NCBI GenBank assembly: GCA_964639215.1
Contig: CAZXCV010000002.1
Coordinates: forward strand, 7,715 to 71,714
Reading direction: 5' to 3'
From: an uncultured Staphylococcaceae bacterium
GTDB lineage: Bacteria > Bacillota_I > Bacilli_A > RFN20 > CAG-826
DNA length: 64,000 nucleotides
The position numbers and the translations under genes were made by a program. Below the pieces are notes generated by a model. It did not search any database. It saw only the letters and a list, made by a program, of their open reading frames with translations, and was not told the DNA's origin. Shown piece after piece: positions 26,074 through 35,552 of this stretch (the first letter of the stretch is position 1; every line of letters starts with the position of its first letter).

Positions 26074-27398
26074 TTGATAAGATATTAGCGAGTCGGATAC
26101 GAATCTTAAAAGAAAACAATGTCCATCACGGACCTGTTATTTATTGGATGAATCGCGATCAACGCATCGTTGATAATTGGGCTTACATTATAGCTCTTGA
26201 GCTTGCTAAGGAGCGAAATGAAACGGTGATTGTCTTATTTAATCTCGCTCCTAGTTTTGGCGCCTTAACTTACAGTCAACAAAATAAAATCTACCAGTTT
26301 ATGGGAGCAGGATTAAAGGAGCTTATCGTACAGGCAGAACAAAATGGTGTTCATCTAGTAATTGAGCAGGGTGAACCACGATTAACGATTCCCCGCATTA
26401 TTAAGAAATATCAAGCGGGACTCCTTATTGCTGATTATTCACCCCTTCATGAGATGCGTAAATGGCGTCAAGATGTAATCGATAACATTGAAATCACAAT
26501 GTTGGAAGTCGATGCTCACAACATCATCCCAGTTTGGATTGCTAGCGATAAACAAGAATGGGGAGCTTATACACTAAGACCAAAAATAACGAGGCTTTTG
26601 CAGTCGTATTTGATTGACTTTCCGAACCTAACTAAAGAAAAACCTGCACAAATCCTCATTCATTCACAGATTAAAGCATGGCTTAGTCAATTGAAAAATC
26701 AGCCATCTAGTGATGAAGCAATGCAGGAATTTATCACGACGCGACTACCCGATTACCATTTCAGGAACAACCCAAATCTCAACGTCACTTCACGGTTGTC
26801 GGCCTATTTACATTTTGGACATTTAAGCGCCCAAAGATTAGCACTCGCAACAAAAATGAGTGGACATCCAAGTGAAGAATTTCTAGAAGAATTAATCGTG
26901 AGACGCGAACTTGCTGAAAATTACTGTCACTATAACCCTCAATATGACACAGTCGATGGTTTCCCTAATTGGGCAAAAGCGACTTTAGCAAAACACCAGC
27001 ATGACAAACGAGAATATATTTATACAAGCGCACAACTGGAATTTGCAAAAACCCATGACCCAATCTGGAACGCTGCCCAGCGGCAACTCCTAACGACGAA
27101 TTACATGCATGGTTACATGAGGATGTATTGGGCAAAGAAAATTCTTGAATGGACCGCTTCAGTTAATGATGCTTTTCGGATTGCTGTTTACATCAACGAT
27201 AAATATCAACTAGATGGCCGTGATCCGAATGGTTACACGGGCATCGCTTGGGCATTAGGTGGTGTCCATGATCGTCCCTGGGGTGAACGTTCAATTTTTG
27301 GTATGATCCGTTATATGAATATGGCAGGACTCAAACGCAAGTTTGGTACTGATGAATATATTGACACATGGGGTGACGATACACCAAAACTGCTTTAA
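26070..27398 (+). CDS. phr: deoxyribodipyrimidine photolyase, class II (CPD photolyase)
   Basis: 442 aa. C-terminal HGYMRMYWAKKILEW...NDKYQLDGRDPNGYTGIAWALGGVHDRPWGERSIFGMIRYMN, characteristic of class II photolyases. Confidence 0.7.
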   Translation: MIDKILASRIRILKENNVHHGPVIYWMNRDQRIVDNWAYIIALELAKERNETVIVLFNLAPSFGALTYSQQNKIYQFMGAGLKELIVQAEQNGVHLVIEQGEPRLTIPRIIKKYQAGLLIADYSPLHEMRKWRQDVIDNIEITMLEVDAHNIIPVWIASDKQEWGAYTLRPKITRLLQSYLIDFPNLTKEKPAQILIHSQIKAWLSQLKNQPSSDEAMQEFITTRLPDYHFRNNPNLNVTSRLSAYLHFGHLSAQRLALATKMSGHPSEEFLEELIVRRELAENYCHYNPQYDTVDGFPNWAKATLAKHQHDKREYIYTSAQLEFAKTHDPIWNAAQRQLLTTNYMHGYMRMYWAKKILEWTASVNDAFRIAVYINDKYQLDGRDPNGYTGIAWALGGVHDRPWGERSIFGMIRYMNMAGLKRKFGTDEYIDTWGDDTPKLL

Positions 27399-27430
27399 TA
27401 TGATAAAGTATAGGAACATTAGGAAATATA

Positions 27431-28768
27431 ATGGATATTCGTTTATATAACAGTTACACCGATAAAATTGAAACATTGAAGCCGGTCATACCCGGTCACA
27501 TCAGCATGTATGTATGTGGTCCAACCGTCTATGATTTTGTTCATATCGGCAATTTGCGACCTGTCGTCGTTTTTGATGTACTGAGGCGTTTATTAGAACA
27601 TGTGGGCTATCAAGTGACACATGTCAGCAATTACACCGACATTGACGATAAGATTATTGCAAAAGCAATCGAGAGTCACCAATCAGAAACCACGATTGCT
27701 GATAAATACATCAAGGCTTTTGAAGAAAATGTAAAAACGATTAATTCATATCTTCCAACAGTTACCCCTCGAGTTACAAATTTCATTAATCAAATTATTG
27801 ATTATATTGCCGCTCTCATTGAAAAAGGTGCCGCTTATGTCAACGATGGAGAAGTCTTTTTCAATATTGCGAGGGTTGCCGATTACGGCCACCTTTCAAA
27901 TATGAAATTAGACGATCTTATTAGTGGGGCAAGGATTGATGAAAATAGCAAAAAGCGGTCACCTCTTGATTTCCTTCTTTGGAAAAAGACTGACCAAGGC
28001 ATCACTTTTTCTAGTCCATGGGGTCAAGGTCGTCCAGGTTGGCACACTGAATGCGCCGTGATGATTGATAGCATTTTTCCTGGCAAAATTATTGATATCC
28101 ACGGCGGTGGGTTTGATTTAAAATTTCCACATCACGATAATGAAATCGCTCAGAGTATTGCTCAAAATGGTACTCGCCTTGCGAATATCTGGATGCATAA
28201 TGGTTTTATCAATCTTAACGATGACAAAATGAGTAAGTCCACGGGAAATTTATTACGAGCGACCGATGCGCTAGAAGAAATGGGCGGACCAGCGTTACGC
28301 TTAATGTTACTAGCGACTCATTATCGATTACCGGTTAATTTGACGACAACTTTCTTTGAGAATGCCCGGACTGAGATTCAAAAAATTAGTGGCACCCTCA
28401 AACAACTGGCAGTTACTTTGCAAATAGCAAATATTGATTTGGAAACGCCAACGTCACTAAAACTTGATGCTTTTCTAGCGGCGCTATCCGATGATTTAAA
28501 TACGAGTAACGCCTTAACCACGATGAATGACTTACTACGCGAAATCAATCGCGAACTACGACAAAAACCATTCAATTATTCCAAACTAACCGACAGCTTC
28601 TTTACATTAAATAAGATGTTACATATACTTGGTTTAGACATAACGTATCCGCGCTTAGACCATGAAGATCGCGCCTTGTATGATCGCTATCTCGCCTTGA
28701 AACAAGCTGGCGAGTATGAGCAATCAGATCGCATTCGCGCCGAACTCATGCAGCGTCACATACTTTAA
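27431..28768 (+). CDS. cysS: cysteine--tRNA ligase
   Basis: 445 aa. HIGN (VHIGNLRP) and KMSKS (KMSKSTGN) class I motifs, plus zinc-binding cysteines. Confidence 0.95.
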   Translation: MDIRLYNSYTDKIETLKPVIPGHISMYVCGPTVYDFVHIGNLRPVVVFDVLRRLLEHVGYQVTHVSNYTDIDDKIIAKAIESHQSETTIADKYIKAFEENVKTINSYLPTVTPRVTNFINQIIDYIAALIEKGAAYVNDGEVFFNIARVADYGHLSNMKLDDLISGARIDENSKKRSPLDFLLWKKTDQGITFSSPWGQGRPGWHTECAVMIDSIFPGKIIDIHGGGFDLKFPHHDNEIAQSIAQNGTRLANIWMHNGFINLNDDKMSKSTGNLLRATDALEEMGGPALRLMLLATHYRLPVNLTTTFFENARTEIQKISGTLKQLAVTLQIANIDLETPTSLKLDAFLAALSDDLNTSNALTTMNDLLREINRELRQKPFNYSKLTDSFFTLNKMLHILGLDITYPRLDHEDRALYDRYLALKQAGEYEQSDRIRAELMQRHIL

Positions 28769-28786
28769 CGTAGAGGAGTTGGTCTT

Positions 28787-29545
28787 ATGAATCATCTTTT
28801 AACAACAAATTACTTTAGCCCACTAACAAACACGATTGACCAATATCTCATCGATATTTTGAATCAGCTTGGACCATGGGGAAACATCATTCTCATCCTA
28901 GTGTCATTATTAATCGCCGCAATATTGACTGGAATTATCGGTTATGAGCGGGAATACCATGGCCATGCCGCCGGACTTCGAACACACATTCTTGTTGGTG
29001 TCGCCAGTGCGTTGGTTATGGTTATTTCCATTTATGGTTTTGGATCGACATTTGTCGATCGTGATCCCGCAAGGTTAGCCGCTCAAGTTGTTAGTGGCAT
29101 CGGCTTTCTCGGTGCTGGTACAATTATTCAAACAGGCACAGATATTAAAGGTTTAACGACAGCGACAACATTATGGTTAGTAATGGCCATTGGCCTTGCT
29201 TCGGGTGCTGGACGCTTTGTCATTGCTCTTATTGCGACTGTGATTTCGCTGATTACATTGGTGATCTTGCGTCGCGTGGAACATTATGCCTCACGTCGCG
29301 TCCCAAAAATTACCCTAGTCGTTACACCAGACACACCGATTTTAAAACAAATTCACTTTGTCGCTTCACGTATGGGAGTATCGATTAAAGATCTGCAATC
29401 GCAAATTGTCAATATCGGTGGACAAGTATTCCTGCGCGTTTCGATTCGAATTGCCTATATGTCCACGGCCACTTCTGCCGCTTTGATTGAAGAGTTGAAA
29501 ATGACGATTCAACCAATCGAAATCCGTATCTCCACTGAATATTGA
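28787..29545 (+). CDS. MgtC/SapB family membrane protein
   Basis: 252 aa. GIIGYEREYHGHAAGLRTHILVG is the MgtC signature. 4-5 TM plus a C-terminal soluble domain. Confidence 0.7.
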   Translation: MNHLLTTNYFSPLTNTIDQYLIDILNQLGPWGNIILILVSLLIAAILTGIIGYEREYHGHAAGLRTHILVGVASALVMVISIYGFGSTFVDRDPARLAAQVVSGIGFLGAGTIIQTGTDIKGLTTATTLWLVMAIGLASGAGRFVIALIATVISLITLVILRRVEHYASRRVPKITLVVTPDTPILKQIHFVASRMGVSIKDLQSQIVNIGGQVFLRVSIRIAYMSTATSAALIEELKMTIQPIEIRISTEY

Positions 29546-29577
29546 GACAAAATTGAGACGATTTTGAAATTCACCTT

Positions 29578-30306
29578 ATGAAATATCCGCGACAATATAT
29601 CTATGGTCGTAATGCAGTTACTGAGGCGTTAATTTCACAGCGAGCTAAGAAAATATTTCTTTCTTCGAATTTTTCCGATCGCGAGATTTTACCGCTCATT
29701 GACAAGCAGCACGTACCAATTGAAAGAAAGGAAAACGACTGGCTTTCACATCTTGTCGCTGGCAATCATCAAGGAATTATCGCTGAAGTAGAAGAATATG
29801 AATTCATGGCATTGGAGCAGTTAATCGCCAAAAGCGATCAACAAACGTATCCACTAATCGTGATGCTTGATTCTATTCAAGACCCTCATAACTTTGGAGC
29901 CATTATCCGTAACGCTGAAGCGTTCGGTGCGGCAGGAATCATCATTAAAAAAGACCGCCAAGTCAGCGTTACCGCGACAGTTGCTAAAGTTGCTAGTGGT
30001 GCCCTTGAGTATGTCCCAATCGCCGAAGTTACGAATTTATCGCAAACCACAAAACAATTGCAAGCCGCGGGATACTGGGTCATTGCCACAGCTTTGACCG
30101 ATGCGATTGATTACCGCACATTTGACTACAACCGTAAACTTGTAGTGATCATTGGTTCTGAAGGATTTGGCATTGCCCCGTTACTGCGTCGCAATAGTGA
30201 CGTCACGGTCACCATTCCAATGAGCGGTAAGGTAAATTCAATTAATGCTGCGGCCGCTTCTGCCGTCTTGCTCGCACACATTCACGCTAATCGTTTTCCT
30301 CAATAA
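29578..30306 (+). CDS. rlmB: 23S rRNA (guanosine-2'-O)-methyltransferase RlmB (SpoU/TrmH family)
   Basis: 242 aa. SpoU motifs (VMLDSIQDPHNFGAIIRNAEAFG, VIIGSEGFGI). Position corresponds to B. subtilis yacO. Confidence 0.8.
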   Translation: MKYPRQYIYGRNAVTEALISQRAKKIFLSSNFSDREILPLIDKQHVPIERKENDWLSHLVAGNHQGIIAEVEEYEFMALEQLIAKSDQQTYPLIVMLDSIQDPHNFGAIIRNAEAFGAAGIIIKKDRQVSVTATVAKVASGALEYVPIAEVTNLSQTTKQLQAAGYWVIATALTDAIDYRTFDYNRKLVVIIGSEGFGIAPLLRRNSDVTVTIPMSGKVNSINAAAASAVLLAHIHANRFPQ

Positions 30307-30316
30307 AGGAGAAAAA

Positions 30317-30910
30317 ATGTCTTTAATAAAAGTTAGTGATGATGAACTCGTTTTTTTAGTGCGCCAACAAAATGATGAAGCATTAGCCATGCTTGCTGAA
30401 CGGATGAAAGGAAAACAAGATCGGATGATTCGCCGTCTTTTGCGGGAAAATCGTCAATGTGGCCTTGAATTCGATGATTTAAAACTCATCGCTCATCAAT
30501 CGCTTTTAAACACAATCGATTCATACGACCCGCGTAAAGCCGTTTTCGATGCTTACTATCACTTAATCCTCGAGCACGATCTCACCAATGAAATGAAAAA
30601 ATTCAATACTTTCAATCAAACGATTTTAAACACAGCAATCTCGCTTGATGAGCCACTGGAAGACGGTGGAGCACTATATGATCTAATTGGTCAAGAAGAT
30701 GATCAAATTGGAGCAATTAGACCAGAGCATATCCTCTCACTTGCTGAAGATAGTAGTGCGGGTTTTACTCCAATTGAAAAAGCCATTCTCGCCTATCGTA
30801 TGCTCGCCTCTTCATATAGAGAAATTGGACGCATCACGAAACTCTCATATCGGCAAGTCTCGCGTATTCTTAGTCGCTTAGCGACCAACCATTTGCAAAC
30901 CATTGAATAA
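30317..30910 (+). CDS. sigma-70 family RNA polymerase sigma factor (SigH-like)
   Basis: 197 aa. Region-4 HTH (YREIGRITKLSYRQVSRILSRL). Occupies the sigH position upstream of rpmG-secE-nusG. AAGGAG RBS before the ATG at 30317. Confidence 0.55.
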   Translation: MSLIKVSDDELVFLVRQQNDEALAMLAERMKGKQDRMIRRLLRENRQCGLEFDDLKLIAHQSLLNTIDSYDPRKAVFDAYYHLILEHDLTNEMKKFNTFNQTILNTAISLDEPLEDGGALYDLIGQEDDQIGAIRPEHILSLAEDSSAGFTPIEKAILAYRMLASSYREIGRITKLSYRQVSRILSRLATNHLQTIE

Positions 30911-30936
30911 ACTCAAAACACAGCGGTCGTTATTAC

Positions 30937-30965
30937 TTGACTTACTTAAAAACGCATGGTATATT
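30937..30965 (+). promoter_or_regulatory. promoter of rpmG-secE-nusG
   Basis: TTGACT, 17-nt spacer, TGgTATATT (extended -10). The flanking ACTTGACTTAC motif is shared with the S10 promoter. Confidence 0.45.
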
Positions 30966-31002
30966 TTGTTTCGCTAAAATGATTAAATAATAGGGTAACA
31001 AT

Positions 31003-31152
31003 ATGCGTGAAAAAATCATTTTAATTTGCTCCGAGTGCTTAGCTCGAAACTACGAAACGACACGGCGACGTGGCGTGACGGACACGCGTTTTGAATTAAA
31101 AAAATATTGCCCAAGATGTCAGAAAAGCACGATTCATAAAGAAAGTCGCTAG
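31003..31152 (+). CDS. rpmG: 50S ribosomal protein L33
   Basis: 49 aa, MREKIILICSECLARNYETTRRRGVTDTRFELKKYCPRCQKSTIHKESR (zinc ribbon). Missing from the ORF track because it is short. Confidence 0.9.
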   Translation: MREKIILICSECLARNYETTRRRGVTDTRFELKKYCPRCQKSTIHKESR

Positions 31153-31162
31153 AGGTGAAAAG

Positions 31163-31360
31163 ATGAACATCAAAAAATATACTGGTGAAGTAATTCGGGA
31201 AAGCCAGCGCGTTCGCTGGCCGAAGCGCGAGGTATTAATTCCCTCAATTATTGTCGTCGTTTCCATCGCTGTATTTGCGGCGGTTGTCCTAAGTTTAGAA
31301 GATCTCCTTGTCGGCGAATTATTAAAGCAATTGCGCAATGCATTTGAATCATTGCGGTAA
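31163..31360 (+). CDS. secE: preprotein translocase subunit SecE
   Basis: 65 aa, single TM. Positioned before nusG. Confidence 0.85.
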   Translation: MNIKKYTGEVIRESQRVRWPKREVLIPSIIVVVSIAVFAAVVLSLEDLLVGELLKQLRNAFESLR

Positions 31361-31369
31361 GGAGCGAAT

Positions 31370-31927
31370 ATGACCACTGAATTATTAGTTGAAAAACAAT
31401 GGTATATCGTTAGCACTTACTCAAGTCATGAAAACAAAGTCGCCGAAAATTTACGGCGTCGAGTCGATTCCATGAATTTACAAGATTTCATTTTCCGCAT
31501 TCTTGTGGTTGAACAGGAAGAAGCCGTCTTTAAAGATGGGATGCCGACGGGCAAAAAGAAAATGAAAAACTCATTTCCAGGCTATGTTTTCATCGAAATG
31601 ATCATGACTGATGAATCATGGTACATGGTTCGTAACACACCGGGAGTTACGGGCTTTGTCGGATCATCAGGTGGTGGTACCAAACCAATTCCAGTACCAC
31701 CTGAACAAATGGAGCCAATCTTAAAACGGATGGGCATGGTTGATCAAGGCATGTATGATCGTTATAGTGTCGGTGATTTAATAAAAGTTATTCACGGACC
31801 ACTTGAAGGGACTGAAGGCACGATTCAGGTAATCGATAAAGAAAGCGGTGTTGTTAAAGTAGAAACCATTTTCTTTGGTCGCGCGACATCAGTTGAAGTT
31901 GACTTCGGAGAAATTGAAAAAATCTAA
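31370..31927 (+). CDS. nusG: transcription termination/antitermination factor NusG
   Basis: 185 aa. NGN domain (WYIVSTYSSHENKV) and C-terminal KOW. Confidence 0.95.
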   Translation: MTTELLVEKQWYIVSTYSSHENKVAENLRRRVDSMNLQDFIFRILVVEQEEAVFKDGMPTGKKKMKNSFPGYVFIEMIMTDESWYMVRNTPGVTGFVGSSGGGTKPIPVPPEQMEPILKRMGMVDQGMYDRYSVGDLIKVIHGPLEGTEGTIQVIDKESGVVKVETIFFGRATSVEVDFGEIEKI

Positions 31928-31930
31928 AAT

Positions 31931-31957
31931 AAAAGCCGATTTAATCGGCTTTTTTTC
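31931..31957. terminator. bidirectional rho-independent terminator between nusG (+) and ktrA (-)
   Basis: AAAGCCGAT-TTA-ATCGGCTTT flanked by T-tracts on both strands. Confidence 0.8.
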
Positions 31958-32644
31958 TTATTCGTCACCTTGGAGAAAGTTACCGAATTCACGGAGCTCT
32001 TTTCGCTTTCCAACCACAAAGACGACGTCATCTGGTTCAATGAGATCGGATGCTCGAGGAATTGATGTCACTTTGTTTTTAGTCAGTAAGATTAGGTTGA
32101 CGTTAAATTTATTACGCGGGTCAATTTCAATAATTGAGTGGGCAATGAATTTCGGTCCAACCGTGATTTTAACAACACTAAAGTTATCGCTTAGTGAATA
32201 ATAATCGAGGAAGTCTTCATCATCAAGGCGATTTGCCAAGCCTAAACCGGCAAGACGTTGCGGCATGATAATTTCTGTCGCCCCAAGTTTTTTGATAATC
32301 GGAACATAATAATCGTCATCAACGCGAACGACAATATGGGAAATGTTCATATTCGATAAGATTACCGTCGTCAAAATCGAAGCTTGAATGTTATCGCCGT
32401 AAGCGACGATGGCGTGGGTAACGTGGTGGACATCGAGTTCGCGCAGCGCCTTTTCATCAGTGGCATCGGCAACGAAGGCGGTTGGGACATGCAGTGCCGC
32501 TTTTCGAACACTTGTTTCATCGCGGTCAATCGCGATGACGTCAGCGCCAATCGAGGCGAGTTCGCTCACAATGGCTAAACCAAACTGTCCTAATCCAATG
32601 ACTGCAAATGATTTTTTACTCATAATAATAACTCCTTTAACCAA
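31958..32644 (-). CDS. ktrA: K+ uptake system NAD-binding subunit (TrkA/KtrA family)
   Basis: 228 aa. Rossmann GxGxxG (FAVIGLGQFGLAIV) plus a TrkA-C region. Confidence 0.85.
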   Translation of the reverse strand: MVKGVIIMSKKSFAVIGLGQFGLAIVSELASIGADVIAIDRDETSVRKAALHVPTAFVADATDEKALRELDVHHVTHAIVAYGDNIQASILTTVILSNMNISHIVVRVDDDYYVPIIKKLGATEIIMPQRLAGLGLANRLDDEDFLDYYSLSDNFSVVKITVGPKFIAHSIIEIDPRNKFNVNLILLTKNKVTSIPRASDLIEPDDVVFVVGKRKELREFGNFLQGDE

Positions 32645-33980
32645 TCGGGATGGTGGCTTCGATATAACTGAAATGTGTATTGTCAGCTTTGTTCATTGAT
32701 TCGGACACGATTGCAAATAATGTCATCGGTCCAGTGCGACCAAGCAGCATCAATAACGCTAATATTATTTTACTACCATTCGTTAGGTATGGGGTGACCC
32801 CTTGAGAAAAGCCAACGGTACCAAATGCGGAAAATGCTTCAAACATCAGTGCGCTTGCGTCAAATATACCGGCTGGGTAAGCTGTGTTGATATCTTCAAA
32901 ATGGTTAATAAGAATAATGGAGACGAATACAATAATCCCAGCGATAAATGTTAATGCCATTGCTTTAATGACTGTTGTATTCGAGAATGATCGTTTAAAT
33001 GCATGAACCTTCTTGCCTCGAATATAAGAAATGATGGCTAGTGCGATAATGAACGCGGTTGTCGTTTTGATACCACCACCAGTGGAAATGGGGTTAGCAC
33101 CAATAAACATTAAAATCATGATAAATAAACGTCCAGATAAAGAAATTCGATTCATGTCGATGGTAGAAAATCCAGCGGTACGCGCCGAAATGCTATGAAA
33201 TAACGCTTGTAGAATTGTGAGATCACTCGTATGGTTGAGCTCCGTGAAATAAAGGGCAAAAGCCCCAAGAGGAATCAGGATGATCATCATCGTCAGAACA
33301 ACTTTCGTGTAAGCGGTCCAATTACGTGCTGGACGTCCAGACAGAATATCAACCCAGACAAGAAATCCAAGACCACCAGAAACGATGAGCACCATCATGG
33401 TGATATTGAGAATTAAATTACTGGAATAAGCTTGTAAACTCGTGCTTCCTAACAAATCAAAACCAGCATTATTAAACGCCGAGATTGACAAAAAAGCTGA
33501 TTGGAAAAGTCCTTCCCAAAAACCAAAGCGTGGCACCATGACAAACATGATCGGGACGATGCCAACAGCCTCAATTATGAGAGTAATAAAAATAACTTTG
33601 CGGACAAAATTAATGACGCCTTTCATCGATGACAAATTTAGTGCTTCCTTGATGATGTACCGATCGATGATGCCAATCCGCCGGCCAGATAAAGTGACAA
33701 TGAATGTAAAAACGGTTATAAAACCAAGACCGCCAATGGAAATGAGCACCATTAACACGATTTCACCAAATCGCGTTAATTCATCAATGACGCTTGCATA
33801 GGGCGATAAACCAGTCACACAAACAGCGGAGGCTGATAAAAACAGAGCATTGAAAAAGTCGTGCCATTGCCCATCTTCATGAGTGATTGGCAAAGCGAAA
33901 ATAAAAGTTCCGATGAGTATTAGGGCGAGAAAACTCATGAATACTAGTAGATATGGTGATATACGAAACTTATTTAACAA
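32637..33980 (-). CDS. ktrB: K+ transporter membrane subunit (TrkH/KtrB family)
   Basis: 447 aa polytopic. Typical TrkH repeats (GFSTVGF-like GTVGFSQG). Confidence 0.85.
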   Translation of the reverse strand: MLNKFRISPYLLVFMSFLALILIGTFIFALPITHEDGQWHDFFNALFLSASAVCVTGLSPYASVIDELTRFGEIVLMVLISIGGLGFITVFTFIVTLSGRRIGIIDRYIIKEALNLSSMKGVINFVRKVIFITLIIEAVGIVPIMFVMVPRFGFWEGLFQSAFLSISAFNNAGFDLLGSTSLQAYSSNLILNITMMVLIVSGGLGFLVWVDILSGRPARNWTAYTKVVLTMMIILIPLGAFALYFTELNHTSDLTILQALFHSISARTAGFSTIDMNRISLSGRLFIMILMFIGANPISTGGGIKTTTAFIIALAIISYIRGKKVHAFKRSFSNTTVIKAMALTFIAGIIVFVSIILINHFEDINTAYPAGIFDASALMFEAFSAFGTVGFSQGVTPYLTNGSKIILALLMLLGRTGPMTLFAIVSESMNKADNTHFSYIEATIPIG

Positions 33981-34100
33981 AAGTGACCTCGCGTTTAAAA
34001 CTACGACAAGATTATATTACTTACGACGTTGGATGTCTATTCAATCTCGTCGTCTATAGCCATTGCGATATGCTAAATACCAATTTTTAGTAAAATTTTC

Positions 34101-34128
34101 TTGCCTTAATAAATATACATAGTATAAT
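34101..34128 (+). promoter_or_regulatory. promoter of rplK-rplA
   Basis: TTGCCT, 16-nt spacer, TATAAT. Followed by a roughly 115-nt leader, a possible L1 autoregulatory site. Confidence 0.45.
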
Positions 34129-34244
34129 ACTTAACGCATAGGTCCTATTCGGTACGCCGAAAAAACTGATTGCACTGCGTGGAAGGACGTGATTCGTCCA
34201 CTGACCACAGCACGGACTTTACACATAATTAGGAGGTGTGTCAC

Positions 34245-34658
34245 GTGAGTAAAAGAATCGCTAAAGTTGTCAAGATGGAACTACCTGGTGGCGAAGCCAA
34301 ACCAGGACCAAAGCTCGCTTCTGCGGGCATCGTGATGCCAAAGTTTTGTACCGATTTCAATGCTAAGACCGCTGATCGTCGCGGTGAAGTTGTTCCGGTC
34401 ATCATTACGGCGTATGAAGATAAGTCATTCGATTTCGTGATTAAGACGGCACCTGTTGCCGGGCTATTAAGAAAAGCTGCCAATATTGAAAAAGGCGCCG
34501 GAAACCGCAAAAATGCGAAAGTCGGCACGATTTCACGTGCGGCGCTACAAAAAATTGCCGAATACAAAATGGTCGACCTCAATTGCTACGACATCGAATC
34601 TGCGATGAAAGTCATCGAAGGTTCAGCGCGTAACATGGGCATTAAGGTCGAAGACTAG
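34245..34658 (+). CDS. rplK: 50S ribosomal protein L11
   Basis: 137 aa from the GTG at 34245, 8 nt after AGGAGG. Conserved L11 core (AGKANPAPPVGPALG-like [13 protein letters not shown]). Confidence 0.9.
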   Translation: MSKRIAKVVKMELPGGEAKPGPKLASAGIVMPKFCTDFNAKTADRRGEVVPVIITAYEDKSFDFVIKTAPVAGLLRKAANIEKGAGNRKNAKVGTISRAALQKIAEYKMVDLNCYDIESAMKVIEGSARNMGIKVED

Positions 34659-34711
34659 TCGCGTGGAAGGGTATTAGCCCGTTATTACCACCAGAAAGGA
34701 AATACATTTAT

Positions 34712-35395
34712 ATGAAACATGGCAAAAAGTATCAAGCGGCACTCGCTTTGATCGATAAGAACAAACTCTATACATTCGAGGAAGCCGTCCCACTTGTTAA
34801 ACAAACCAATGTGACAAAATTCGATTGCACGATTGATATCTCATTCAACCTTAACCTCGATCCTAAAAAAGCCGATCAACAAATTCGTGGCACGATGGTG
34901 CTTCCTCACGGTAATGGTAAGACTAAACGCGTCTTAGCGATTACCCAAAAAGTGGAAGAAGCCAAAGCAGCTGGCGCTGAATTCGTCGGTGGCAAAGAGA
35001 TGCTCGAGAAAATTCAAAAGGAAAATTGGTTTGATTTCGATGTTATCGTCGCAACCCCAGATATGATGGGTGAACTTGGCAAGATGGGTCGTGTCTTAGG
35101 TCCCAAAGGCTTGATGCCAAATCCAAAAACCGGTACCGTCGCCGTCGACATTGCTAAAGCTATTCAAGAAATTAAAGCGGGTAAAGTTGAATACCGACTC
35201 GACAAAGAAGGGAACATCCACGTTTCCATCGCCCGTATCAGCTTCGATGATCAAAAAATTATCGATAACTTAAGAGCGTTAACAGAGACACTTGTCAAAG
35301 TCCGCCCGTCGGCTGTTAAAGGCACGTATATTCGCAACGCGGTTATCCATACGACCATGGGACCAGCGGTTAAAGTTACTTTTCCAGGTCGCTAA
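34712..35395 (+). CDS. rplA: 50S ribosomal protein L1
   Basis: 227 aa. Conserved. Confidence 0.95.
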   Translation: MKHGKKYQAALALIDKNKLYTFEEAVPLVKQTNVTKFDCTIDISFNLNLDPKKADQQIRGTMVLPHGNGKTKRVLAITQKVEEAKAAGAEFVGGKEMLEKIQKENWFDFDVIVATPDMMGELGKMGRVLGPKGLMPNPKTGTVAVDIAKAIQEIKAGKVEYRLDKEGNIHVSIARISFDDQKIIDNLRALTETLVKVRPSAVKGTYIRNAVIHTTMGPAVKVTFPGR

Positions 35396-35552
35396 TAAAC
35401 TCGTTTGATTGCATTCAATAGACCAAAGACAGCAACGGCGTCAGCTTAATCATGTTGCCGAGGTAATGAATCCGAGCGATTTACCGCCACATGTGGCATT
35501 ACTAATTGGATATTGAAGCCTCAATAAAAAAACTAAACAGGAGGTGTAAATA
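35396..35552 (+). promoter_or_regulatory. rplJ-rplL leader (candidate L10(L12)4 autoregulatory leader)
   Basis: 157-nt untranslated GC-rich structured region between rplA and rplJ, the position of the L10 leader in Firmicutes. Confidence 0.35.

Noticed and set aside
27399-27430. Possible T-box leader upstream of cysS
   Set aside because: Only 32 nt separate the photolyase stop from the cysS start, too short for a T-box (about 200-300 nt). cysS appears translationally coupled to upstream genes instead.
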